Origin: Phoronis australis
Taxonomy: Eukaryota; Animalia; Phoronida
Assembly: GCA_002633005.1 (NCBI GenBank)
Contig: NMRA01000050.1
Coordinates: 212,161-276,160 of the forward strand
Direction of reading: 5' to 3'
DNA length: 64,000 nt
Part shown: positions 35,301-47,300 of the stretch, piece after piece
Layout: each line of letters begins with the position of its first letter
How positions within the stretch are numbered: the first letter of the stretch is position 1
Notes under the pieces: model-generated
The model's input: only the letters and a program-made list of their open reading frames with translations
What the model was told of the DNA's origin: nothing
Databases searched by the model: none
Position numbers and translations under genes: made by a program

Positions 35301-38300
35301 CCCGTATCACAGTGACAGTACTGTGAGTGACGGAGACCTTGTTCACAGCAGTGGTGACGAGGAATTTTTTCACGGACATTCAGTGGGTGGGTACATGTTT
35401 GAGCCTGAGTATAACGAGACAGAGTACGCACAGGCACAGGCAGCTGTNCAAACATCGAAGATATTTGGGTAGAATGATTCCAAGACGAGCAAATCATTGG
35501 ATCTGATATACAAATTCCTCGGCAGTCTAGACAACAGAAGGATAGGACTAACGTATGAGTAACCACTGGGGATTAAAATTTTAGAGAGAAGTTTTCAATT
35601 CAAAATTTTTTGCATAGTAGACTTTAGGTCTCGCGACGGACCAGGCCAGCTTGATTTGTGCAGATGTTGAGTTTCAGTGTACTTCTGGTCCCGCGGGGAA
35701 CTAGTCTTGTGATTTTTTTACCAAAGTGTGCTTTGTAAAACTATTTATCTCAGCCAGTACTGTTTGGTCCCGCGACAGATGGACTATTTTTATACGGATA
35801 ATAAGCACAGGTGTACTCTTTGTCTCGTGACGGACCAGGTCAGCTTTTTGCGTACTCTCAGTGTACATCTGGTCCCTCTACAAACTAGTCCAGTGTATCT
35901 TTTCACCACTGTGCACAGGATGTTTTGGTTTCGTGAAACTATTTTCAGATAATTTGTTTCCTGATAGATTTGACGTTTTTCATGATTCAGCTTAATAAAG
36001 TGATACCTAATTATTTATTGTCGCTTTTAATAATAGACTATGAGTTGAGAGCACCATCGTTCGCCAGTTTTTCTGGTAACGAGACAGAACACATGTTTTT
36101 TTCCGGACTAACAGTACAGGTCTTCGTTCTTAAACAACGTGAGGCTGCTGTTACGCGATCATCCGATATTCAAGTTTTTACGCCCCGTCGGTGCTCCTTG
36201 ATTATGCTCTTGAATATTTGGAAATTGTCTAAACCACTGTATACACACCACACTTTTTCGTATACGACTTTTCGTGTGCTAAAAAAGGTTTGTGTAAGCA
36301 GATGTTCCAACAAAGGGTTTAGCAGTGTGACCTGATGAGACTCGAACCCACGACCTCGAGTAAAGAAAGCGGGCACTTATCAACCAGGCCACACTGCCTC
36401 CTCCAAACTAAACCCCCCCTTGCTGAAAACGTAGATCCGCCTTTGCCCTTGGTCATTCCTTGAATAGACATAGCTTGTTAGAGTGCATCTTCAAACGGAC
36501 TCGCGACCAGACCACGGCGCCCGCCACAATAGCAATTCTTCGGAAAACGATTTTTTTTCAAAAATATTACATGTACACGTACACTGTATGATACTGCGCA
36601 AGACAACTTTACTATACACCAGTCAAATTCGAGTTACATCTAAAATGCTTGGCTACTTCAGAATTGTCGACCGAAGCGCGCACAATTGATCTCCGCGCGT
36701 TTTGCCGATGAGCCGCGAAGACTCGAAATGCGTTGATTTTCATAACAACAATTCACGATGCAAAAAATTATATTTTTCCTCAATTTTATCCAATTTGGTT
36801 TACTTGGGGGTTACACACGCTGGCGGTGCCGTTTTTGTTTTGCTGGGGACGTTTTTGTTGTTTTTTTTTATTTTTGGGTCCTGGCCCAAGGGGTGTTTAA
36901 ACCCCCGGAACCCCCCGTACATCCGCCGCTGGCATACACAGGAACTGACCCGGTCACCTTGACAAGCCAAGACGTTGAGCCTTATCAAGCTCAGTTACTC
37001 CCAAGCCAAGGATCACGTGTTTTTCAAAGCTTCTTTCCGCCATTGTTGAACTTTATACGAAGCGTCTTTAGGGTTCAAAAGCATTACCACACCCATCTGA
37101 TCATTGCTGGGTGAGCAAGCAACTAAAGTCACAGACAGTGCGTGTTTATGTAGGCGTCAATTTTGACTCCTCAATTTTAGGGTTGGATAACGCCCAAAAA
37201 TCCTGGAGTGTTGACTGGTTTCGATGTTTTTGTTGCTATCGGTTATAGAATCAAACGTATCATCTTAGAGAAATCCGATTTTATGAGACTCGCAATGCCT
37301 TATTTGATTTTAGAGTTTAGCAAGCTAAACGGTTCGAAAGGCAGCTTTTGAATAAGAAAGAAACACCTTTATCAGATTGATAACGGTATGTGGTCTAAGT
37401 TATTTTGACGACATTTTGGTTGATATTAGCTTCAATGCTTTTGAATATCACCATAGTCGATTTCGGTTGACGCCGGTCACGACATTCTACTTGAAAAGCT
37501 CAGTGTTCCAGTCTTTCAAGGACTCGAAACTAAAGCACGTGGAGATCACACTGGCTTTGTTTATAAGAAATGTATTCATTACTGGCTAGTTGCTTTATGA
37601 CGGCGTATATATGAACTTGTACGTGCAGATGGGGGAGTATACAAGTACATTCTGACGACCGTGCATACATTTGTGTACCGATAACGGTATAAACATTATG
37701 TACGTACTTTACTGAACACGGTGTATACATACACAAAACGTTCCGGGAGTGGCGGAGATTGCTGCAATTATATTACTTTAAACTATTTTGGGAAAGTTTG
37801 AACATCGTACCGGCTAGCGTCGTCGAGTGGACATTGGCTTACCTTTTGAACTTTCCATTCAGAGGGCGCTGGACGGGAATACGGAAAACACTTTGGCCGT
37901 ATTGCACTCGCCTGATTTAACGCGTATGGGATAAATGCTCGTACACACGATGGCGTATGCATGTATGTAAAAATGACGATGTATAAAATTAATTTACACA
38001 CTGGTGACGATGTGTACAATGTACATTTACGTAGTGATAAATATAGATTATTACATATATAGATTATTACGTGGCGAAGTCCTTATCCCCCGTATTCTAG
38101 AACCCGAGGGCTCTAGATAAGGGGGTAACTACTGAGAACATGTAATAATCTATTTATACCACATATTGAACGAGAAACATTGCAATGAATCGATCTACCT
38201 TTCTCGACTCGCCTCGACTTGTCAGAGGCCGGGGTCGGAGGTCGTGACCTTTTAAGAAAAGCCGAGCTATTTTTGTCAAATAATGCTTTTACTCAAAACC

Positions 38301-41300
38301 AATTGAAAATTTAAACAAAATAGAAATAAAGTGAATCTATAAATTAAGGTGTAGCAACTATTATAGCTTACTACACATTTTATCACGCTGAGCTTCGACC
38401 GAGAAAATATCGTCTGCTAAAGTAGGTTACCACTAGTAACTGAGTGTAATGCTCAAGTCAAAGGATCCCGACGACACGATACCCGCATTCAAATTGGAGA
38501 TCGATGATTTGCAAGTGAGAGAACACGAGAGAAAAATTTCACTGAATAATAATTTCATTTTTACGGAAATTATCCGTCTTATTTTTCATAGCGCATAAAT
38601 GTCGGTACAATGCCCTTTGCTGAACATGCGATTGTTGCGCGTGCTCATTTAAGTATTCTATTTTCGCGTTCGATGACGTCAGCCGCTAAGTGGTGTAGTG
38701 GTAAAGTCGGCACCTCGAAACTCCTGATGCCCGGGTTCGAAACCGGCCTCGGTTTCCCGCCAAAATGTTATCTCAGTAGTGAGATAGCTAAATGGGTAAT
38801 TAATTACACGGTTGCTTTTGCCATTTGACGCTAATACAGTGTTATAAATTTTACTTACTGATAAGTTTGTAGTCATCAACACAATGATGACGATGAGTAC
38901 ACGACGTACTGATGCCGATGTACAGATTTACGTGCTGATGATTGTATGAATGTAGGTAGAGATGGCGTCCTCTCTTGGTCATGGCAATGTTGGCCATGAC
39001 GATGGTTATTATCATGATGATGGTGATGATTACGATGACGATGATGATGATTACAATGAGTATATTGTGTGTGAAAAGAGCAGCCTATTCAGGACTGTCA
39101 TAACTGCACTTCTTAACGGTTTAACTCATTATCATGTTTGTTTTCACTAGTACTGTATCCGAAATACGCCAGTCAATTCTTGACAATATCTGAATGGCTT
39201 GGAAAGAATACCTTCAGAACTCATGTCGGGTACTTTCTGCCCCTTATTGAGCAACTGAGCAGGGACCGTAAAGAAAACGGAGAGAATGGGGTAAGTTTAA
39301 TTGCTTATTATGCGCTCACATATTTATGTGTGGGTGCATATTGTCGTCATCTCTGTCCGGGCATTCCGCAGCCGTATCTCCTGCAGGATCTTACTGAAAT
39401 TTGGCAGCTAGGTGTGTTCCTATCGGGTTGACGACAGAGGATGACGAGTTTCGGACCGATTCGAATACCGCTGTGCCCCCTAGTGGCAATGGGGCTATTC
39501 GACAATCTTTACATTACTAGAGGGCGCGCGTGTACTAGTGGTGATGGATTAAGCAGCCTCGATTTCGCGAGCCCTCTATATACATGGTGAAATGGCTTGC
39601 AGCCGTGCCAACTGAATCTGAGATTGCGTGAAAAGTGTGCGTCTATGAGAGGAAGTAAGCATGACCTTATACAAAGGTAAGGCAGTTGTGATTATTTTAA
39701 CGATTATTCCATGTTTACAATATTGATACCGTACCTGTTAATTGAGGTACTGGCCGATGTCGACTTAGCGGCAGTCGCCAGTCGGTTAATCATTGTTTGT
39801 CGTGATGACTGATGTGTGTTACGATTCTTGACGTAGCACTCGGGATTTTTCGTATATAAAAGCAGTATTATTAATGTTTGGAATGATTTCTAACAGGTTT
39901 ATCAGTGACAGTTACATCAGTCAATGCTGAATGTTCATGCTGTCAACTCGATATTTGTTAGTGAGTTAAGATTACAGTCCAAGCCCAAAGCCCAAAGGGT
40001 ACGTGACAGATATCCATTAGACTATTTGTTTACTCCCTATCCTATGTCGTCGGGAAATCTATTACACGTTTGCATGGAAATATATCATGTCTGTTTTCAC
40101 CTGCCCTTTGGTTTTTAGGTTTGAGGGCTAGTACCCTAGGAGATATGTATCGCTTCTGCAACTGTCCCTGAAAGGACAAAAATTAGTTTTAAGCAGTTGA
40201 CTGCAGGCATCTAACCAGCAAGATATCCCTATCCAGTGCAGATCTGTTGTCAAAGCCTACTTTCTATAGACAAAGAACAAAGCCTTTGAAAAGGGGAAGC
40301 TAGTTTTAAAGAAAGGTATGTAAGTTGTTTTGTTAATTTACTTATCCAGGTCCTTAGCGAGAGGTTGGCATAGGGTGTTGGGGTTGTAAAATTTGGTGCA
40401 ACTGAATGTGTGGAAATAACAGGTAATATTGTCCGGGGAAAAGAGCATGGTGAGGCAATTCTTAGCCTTCATGAAGTTCTTTCACGTTTCATGACACTTT
40501 TTTGCTATCCATTGTAAACCCCTAAAATATGTTACATTCTCTGAATTCTTAGGAACTGATCAGCCTTCACTCATGCCTTGAAATGTTGCAAGTCATTTAA
40601 AAATTCATATGACTGTCATTTTTATGAAAATTGCATTTTGATGTGAACATACGAGTGAGGTCGTATTGGAACATATTATTCTTACTGCCAATACGCAAAC
40701 AATGGTGCCTCAGGATTTTCAATTACTCTAAAACAACAGAAAGATTATCCATCATTTTTAGGTGACCCAAGTTTTCATCTCCTCTATTAGAAGAAAAATA
40801 AAAAATCTGAGAAATGGTTCCCTCAGCCTGAGACCAGAAGTGTGCTTGACAGACCCATGATTCTGTAATCTGTGTTTATAATTGCTGAAGGAATCAAAAA
40901 TCGAAAGGCTTGAAGACGGGTAGCAAAGGTTTCAAGTTGTCTCAAATAACTTGCATATTTTGCAGATAAGTGATGCATTTAAAGCATTGTTATGGCTAGG
41001 AATGAAAAATAAAGAAGCACTTCTATTCCAATCATTACTTATGATATTATATACACCCTTGCTTTCTCGAAATGGTAATTATTTAATTTTGTGTGAAATT
41101 GCGAAGCATCTATCATATCATATTTTTTGAAAAACAAGGGAAACATTTTTGACCCAAGCTGACGTTCTTTATTATTCATGTTTCAATATTTGTTCCAGGT
41201 TCAGTAACCTTTTTAAGGCCTCTTGAAGCCGCAACATAGACAACTTTTGTTACTCCTTTCTCTTCCCACAGCATGTCGTCCACACACCAACGGTGCTGCA

Positions 41301-44300
41301 TGGCACAATGTACAAGAAAGTGGCCCTGGAGAAATGTGAATCGCAGTACTAAGTTACTGAACCGTACGAAAATGTGCCAATGGATTGTTTGTGTTTGAAG
41401 AGGAACTATATCTGACTGCTACACCAGCCAGCCTCATGGGTGAGGCTGCCGTTTCATAGGCAATGAGTCAAGTGTGGACAACAATGGCTTATTTCCTTTT
41501 CATGGAAGAAACATGAGGGCCTGAAGCTAAAGAAGACCTAGCAACACTCTGGTCTAGTTCAGGGTCAGATTTTGGGCACAAAGCGAGTAAAGAGATATGG
41601 TGTTGTTTTTACCTTTAAGGATCTAATTGTGGACTTTATTGAGGCTGAATGAAGAAAGCCATGTGCCAAAACTGGACCTTTTTACAAGTGCTTCTATGGG
41701 CCATTGAAATTCGATCCCAGTGAAATGAAAAGCCAAAGCAATACCTGTCATTTCTAACTGAGTGACATTAACTTTTCCTTTCAGAAGAAAGGCTTTATAC
41801 TAAGGGTAAAACTTTTCAACTTGGTACGCATTATGCGGAAATGACATTCAGGGACTGCATCGATTGTCTTATTGTCAGTAAAAAACCGTTAATGTTACAC
41901 TTTGATGATCGAATAAAGTTTTCATCAACAGCCATGTTTGTCACTAAATATTCAAACCACAATATTTCTTCAGTTTTAAGGCCCCATACAGTGCAGTCGC
42001 GCTGCTTCTTTATAAAGCTGAAGTGATTACCAATTACGCTTGCGAATTTTTATTTTCCTGTTGACCTATAGAAATGTTCGGCAATTAAAACGAAGTATTC
42101 CCTTTGATTGCATTTGCTTTGTTTATGCGTGAAACTATTTTTAGAGCTGTCTTAAGAAGACCTTTGAACAGCTTTAAGTTTTGTGTTAACTTGTCTATAG
42201 CAAAAGTTCCACATACAAGCAAAGTATGTTTTCAATCTTAGCTAGCTGGATAAGAATCCGCTATGCATAAGGGTCGAGAATATACAATAATCAGTGTATT
42301 TAAAAACAAAATGACAACCACATACATACAACGGAACAACATTATTTGTTAAAAACTATTGTAATTTTCCCATTCAAGTATATTAAGGCCTGACTTTATG
42401 AATTGAAAGGTTCAATTCCATCAGGTTATTGCTGAATGACTGCTTTTCACTTTGTCGAAAGGTAAAATAGACGGTAAGGCGGTTGGTTTCAGACGTTTTC
42501 TCTCACCTGTAACAAAATAGTCAGATAAATATTAGCAAATTATAAAAGAAAACACAAGACAAAACTACTTTTTTGAGACAGAACTTGACATTTCATCTTT
42601 ATGATTATATGTAGAAACTAATAATCTTTGAACCCAAGCCTTATTCAAGATCTGAATTAAAATATGTGAAAGAGGCTGAAAGTGATTTAAGAATGTGTAT
42701 TTTTACGAAACTTAAAATGTGTTTCAGATCTCAGCAAATAAAATTCATTCTAGGCGTCAATATCTATTCTAATGCAATGTTAGAACTTTACCGAATAGCT
42801 CATTCATCTTAATTCGGCAAATATATTCTGGTAGTCCTGGGGGTGGGGTCTGTTATAAACTAATTAAATTCACTCATCTAGGGGATTTTATTGGACATAG
42901 CATAGTTTTGTAAAGTAACTGCTATGCAAAAGTCACCCTTGACTTCTGAGTGACACGTCCCATACACCTCTTATATTGGGGTATGTGCTACGAGCTTACC
43001 CAGGTGCCAGGTGAGTTTCTGAAGAGAAACACTTAGTTCCACTGAATAAACCCGTTATTCAGTGGAGTAACTGGTGAGGATAACATCACTGATCGATGTC
43101 GATAGAAACTTAATTGCAAAAAACTTACCAAAGGTAACGAGATTATGTAGTCTCTCAATGGAAATGCATAGAGCACACACACACGGGGAGGAGTGATCGG
43201 CATCCACACACTTTTTGCACTTGGTTGACCCTTTTTGACCTGTTGTAACCTTAGGTCTTTTGGGAATTTGTGACCACCTGTCGAAGCTTTGCACCTGCGA
43301 AAATAGTAATAAAAAGGCTTAGCCATGGACGGCGCAGCACTGAAAAAAGTGGTTGGCTAAAGCCCCCTCAGCCTCCTGTGTTGCATCGCTTATATACAAC
43401 GAGCGGCGTAGCGCTGAAAAAAGTGGGGCCTACAGCACCCCCCCCCCCCCCCCCNCCCAGCCCCTATGGTGCGCCGCCCATGTTAGCGCGTCGCCGTATT
43501 TTGATAACAATTCCATCTTTTTACCAGCTGTTAAAGGCCCAGTCATACAGCCGATTACGCATGAGTCACGCACAGATTTTTGCTTATGCGTGAAGCTTGC
43601 GTCGTATGCGTAATTGGTCGGTGGAACCAACGTGGAGCATCAGTGAATGTAAGTGGATATGCGTCGAGGGGGGGTTTGTGCGCGATTTTGAGTTTTGAAC
43701 GGTTCAAAAATTTTCCAACGCACAACTCTGCGTCGGTGTGCGTAATTCGTGAGTTGACGTGCGTAGTTTATGCGTCGAGTATGCGTGATTATGCGCTGGA
43801 CACGCGTTTGCCATCAGTGCTTATGCGTCAGAACTGGTTCGAAATCACGCACGTCCACGTCCGTCCACTGACGCCCCACCTTCATATCACGCATGAAATA
43901 CGCATATATGACGTTCATTCCACTGACATCCACTGACAATCACTTACAAAAGTGTTTGAACGTGATCCGTCAGTGATTCATGCGTAAGGCATGCGTCGAA
44001 GGTTCGTGGAATACCATATCATTTTGGCTTGTATGCGTCGATATGCGCGATATGTCAGTGATTCATCAATGATTGTAAGTGATATGTGCGTGGGCCATAG
44101 GTGATTCGTCAGTTATTTGTCAGTGATTTCTAACCTCTACACCCGGAAAATTTGGTCAATTTCTCGACGATCAAAACACGCACAAATTGAATTTGTGCGT
44201 GTTGTATGAGTGATTCATGCGTGATCGGCTGTTTGACTGGGCCTTTACGTGCAGACAGCGACGCATGCGCAATTCAATCACCACTAGTGCAGCAGCGACA

Positions 44301-47300
44301 CCACGTCGAATAGCCCATTGTAGTTTTTTACGTTTAAACTTTGCCTCTGTAGCCTATCTCCAAAGGTCCTCAACCGATTTTTATGAAATTTGGTACATAG
44401 GCATCTATTAATGAGGTGACGCTATCCTCCAATTTTCGGTTAGATTTGAAGTATTTTGCGCCGTCTAGTGGCCATTTTCACTATTTTCGAATTCGTTTTT
44501 TGCGTTCGCCCCTCCATCAACCAAACCACTCTAAGCCGGATGATTATGAAAATTGGCATGTATGTTCTTAGTATAAAGAGGACGGTTGACGACGATTTTC
44601 CGACAACTTCGATTACTGCAGCGGCAGTTTTGTTTGTTTTTGCGTCCATGGCTGTATCTCCTAAACGCTATACAGGATCTTTATTAAAAGTAGCAAATGT
44701 ATTTGTATGAAGTTGACAACAGACGAAGAGGACTTGCGGACAGAGCGGACTACCGATGTGCCCCCTAGTGGCAATTTTAGTTTTTTTACGTTTAGCTCTG
44801 TATCTCCATAAACTTTGGCACACGGGCATCTATTAATGAGGTGACGCTATCCTCCCGTTTTCGGACGGATTCGAGGTATTTTGCGTCACCTAGTGGCCAT
44901 TTTTATTGTTTTCATGTCTGTCTTTTTGGTGTCCTTCCCTCCATTCACCAAACCACTCTGAGGATGATTGTGAAAATTGTGATGTATGTTCTTACTATGA
45001 AGAGGACGAATGGAAATAACTTTTCGACGACTTCGACTACTGTGGCGCTTCGAGTGGCATTTTTTCCGCCCATGCCTGTATCTCCTCAGCCTTCTGTAGG
45101 ATCTTTATTAAATTTAGCACATGTATTTATATGAAGTTAAGAACGGAAGACGACGACTTTCAGACGGATCCAACGAACACTGTGCCCCCTAGTTTCAATT
45201 TCCTTCTTTCTGTTTTACTGTTTCTCTGAAGTTCCTCGACGAATTTTCATGAAATTTGGTAAATAGCTTTCTTTTAAAGGAACGGTGATGTTTTCCAGTT
45301 TTCAGATGGATTCGACATATTTTGCGCCATCTAGTGGCCATTTTTACTGTTTTCTTGCATCTGCCAATCGAACCAGTCTTAGGAAGATTGTGAAAACTGG
45401 CTTTATGTTCTTAGTGTGAAGAGGACGGTTGACGATGATTTTCGACTTCAATTACTGTGGCGCCTCCTAGTAGCAGTTTTATTTTTTGCGCCCTTAGCTA
45501 TATCTTCTAAGCCCTCAGCAGGATCTTTATTAAATTAAGCACGTGTATTCGTGTGAAGTTGACAACGGAAGACAACTTTCAGACGGATCCGACGAACGCT
45601 TTGCCCTCTAATGGCAATTTCATTTTTCAATTTTGCTCTGTCTCTAAATTTCCTTGATGGACTTTCATGAAATTTTAGCTTTTCTCGTTTTTTTATGCAT
45701 TTTTGAAGTATTTTGCTCAATCCAGTGGCCATTTTATGATACAAATAAACACCCTAGCAGCACACCGTTTGCAGTGCATTCGTGGGCGCATTTCAACTTT
45801 CCGCATTGCTCTTGTACAGTTTTTGGCCTGACGTTTAATCGTTTCACCCGAGGTGCTCGAGTGTGTACGAAGATAACTTTCTAATCCTATACGTGTAGTT
45901 TGTATTTGATAATAGAAACATAAAGGCTAAAAGTTCGAGTCAGATATCAAAATTTCGAGCTTTTACTTGAGTTTGTAGTAGGGGTCATTAAGTGCAAAGT
46001 TGCGTGAATAAACCATGGTGTACATGTACTTGACGAAAGTCTAATAGCTACTTAACTTGAGTCCACACAGAAGTAGATCAGAAATGACAACAATAATCTC
46101 GAGTTCGATTTCAAATAAAATATTAGACCGTGGGCCTAGGTTGTTCGCAATCGCAGTGTTTTATGTTGACTTGTGTAGAGAATGGCTCGTATGTAGTGGG
46201 CTGTAAACACTTCGGTTAAATACAACTGCCAGCTTCAACTTGATTGTACCAGATTTATATCTCGCGACATTTAGGGATTTTCTTAAAACCTATATATGAT
46301 CCAAGAAGTTGGTCTACTTGTTATTTAGGGGTCTTTGCGTATTACGATGCGGAATAAAACTACCCATAAAGAAGTCTGAAATGATCACCGTGCTCCTGAA
46401 TAAGGTGGCACTCAACAGTTTTGGCTGATTTGGGGCTTGAAAAACCAGGCCGAGTCAGCTCTAACAGCTTGTTCCAAAGGATGTACAAAACTTGAAAATT
46501 TGAAGAGTATAATGAGTCAGAAACCTCAAAAACCTTGCACAAAGTCAATATTTTCACCTTATACTACTAACGGAGGTGCAGCTGGCTACTTGAAATAAAA
46601 CGAGCCAAAATATGCCGAATCATCAATTTTCACCCCCAAAGCAGTGCATTCAGACAGCCAAAACTCTTCAAATTCCAAAAACCAGGAAAAAGTGGGTGTT
46701 GACCTACCAGATTTTTCACAAATCAAAGGAGTCTGAAGGGTACCTTAAATTCCCTCTCAATTTCAACTTCAGACTTGCAAGCAGTAAACAGATTTAAATA
46801 TCAAGTAATTGTCAACCGTAGCCTTGGTATGCACCCTAGACCTTAAAATGCCCGGCTAACCCAGCAAACTGAACTGTGCCTCAAAAAAGCTATTGAGTGC
46901 CACCAAAGTTCTTATAAACAACAATGGATTACAAATCTTTGTTCATGTTGCATCAGAACGTCCAGTACAGGAGGGAAGAATAAACACTTGGCAACAATGC
47001 AAAGCCTTTTGCTTGGGATCTCCAGGTGTGGTTATTTGTGGCGAAACCATTGAGTAGTCACAGGAAAGACGTGTTAAGGGAAATATGGTGGACATTTTGC
47101 TGTGAATTGTGAAACACGACACACAAGGAGAACACTATTTCCAGGTCCATGAAGTATGTAATTCATATCCACTTGCATATTCTCGCAGAAATATAAAGAC
47201 TTTCTACAGCTTCTCATGAAGGCCAATCAAAACTTTGAAGACCAACAAAAGAAAGTAGGAGACACGGCAAAAACTAAAGGTAAGTGTAGCTCTACGTAAC

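Larger units (their letters stand above)
34768..36931 (-). mobile_element. Non-autonomous hAT-like element (inverted relative of 58617-62008) with nested inserts
   Basis: GCATA|aAGTGGCGGATCTAC...GTACATCCGCCGCTG|GCATA. The two ends are reverse complements of the two ends of the 58617-62008 element. Confidence 0.8.
39491..44316. mobile_element. ISL2EU-like DNA transposon remnant (~4.8 kb)
   Basis: AT|GGGGCTATTCGAC...GTCGAATAGCCC|AT; removing it restores the host repeat ggcaATtgtag. Plus-strand YqaJ-like fragments ([13 protein letters not shown]; ELYLTATP) near 41290-41430. Minus-strand THAP-like fragment (HKFPKD...W...RVC) at 43150-43300. Confidence 0.7.
39305..45815 (+). mobile_element. Helentron-associated (HINE/DINE-1-like) element with internal ~420-460-bp tandem array, split by a later insertion
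   Basis: 5' subterminal IR with nearby inverted copy (tatgcgctcac / gtgggtgcata). 3' subTIR gtgggcgcat at 45782, then ...gctcttgt. About 3.3 tandem units at 44317-45740 with ga.ttttcatgaaatttgg and cctagtggc motifs. Confidence 0.7.

Noticed and set aside
38683-38760. Functional tRNA gene
   Set aside because: A and B boxes are present but acceptor and anticodon stems do not pair; treated as a tRNA-derived fragment
38962-39150. Asp/His-rich ORF as an extra exon
   Set aside because: Translation of a (GAT/GAC)n low-complexity tract; exon 8 splices in frame without it
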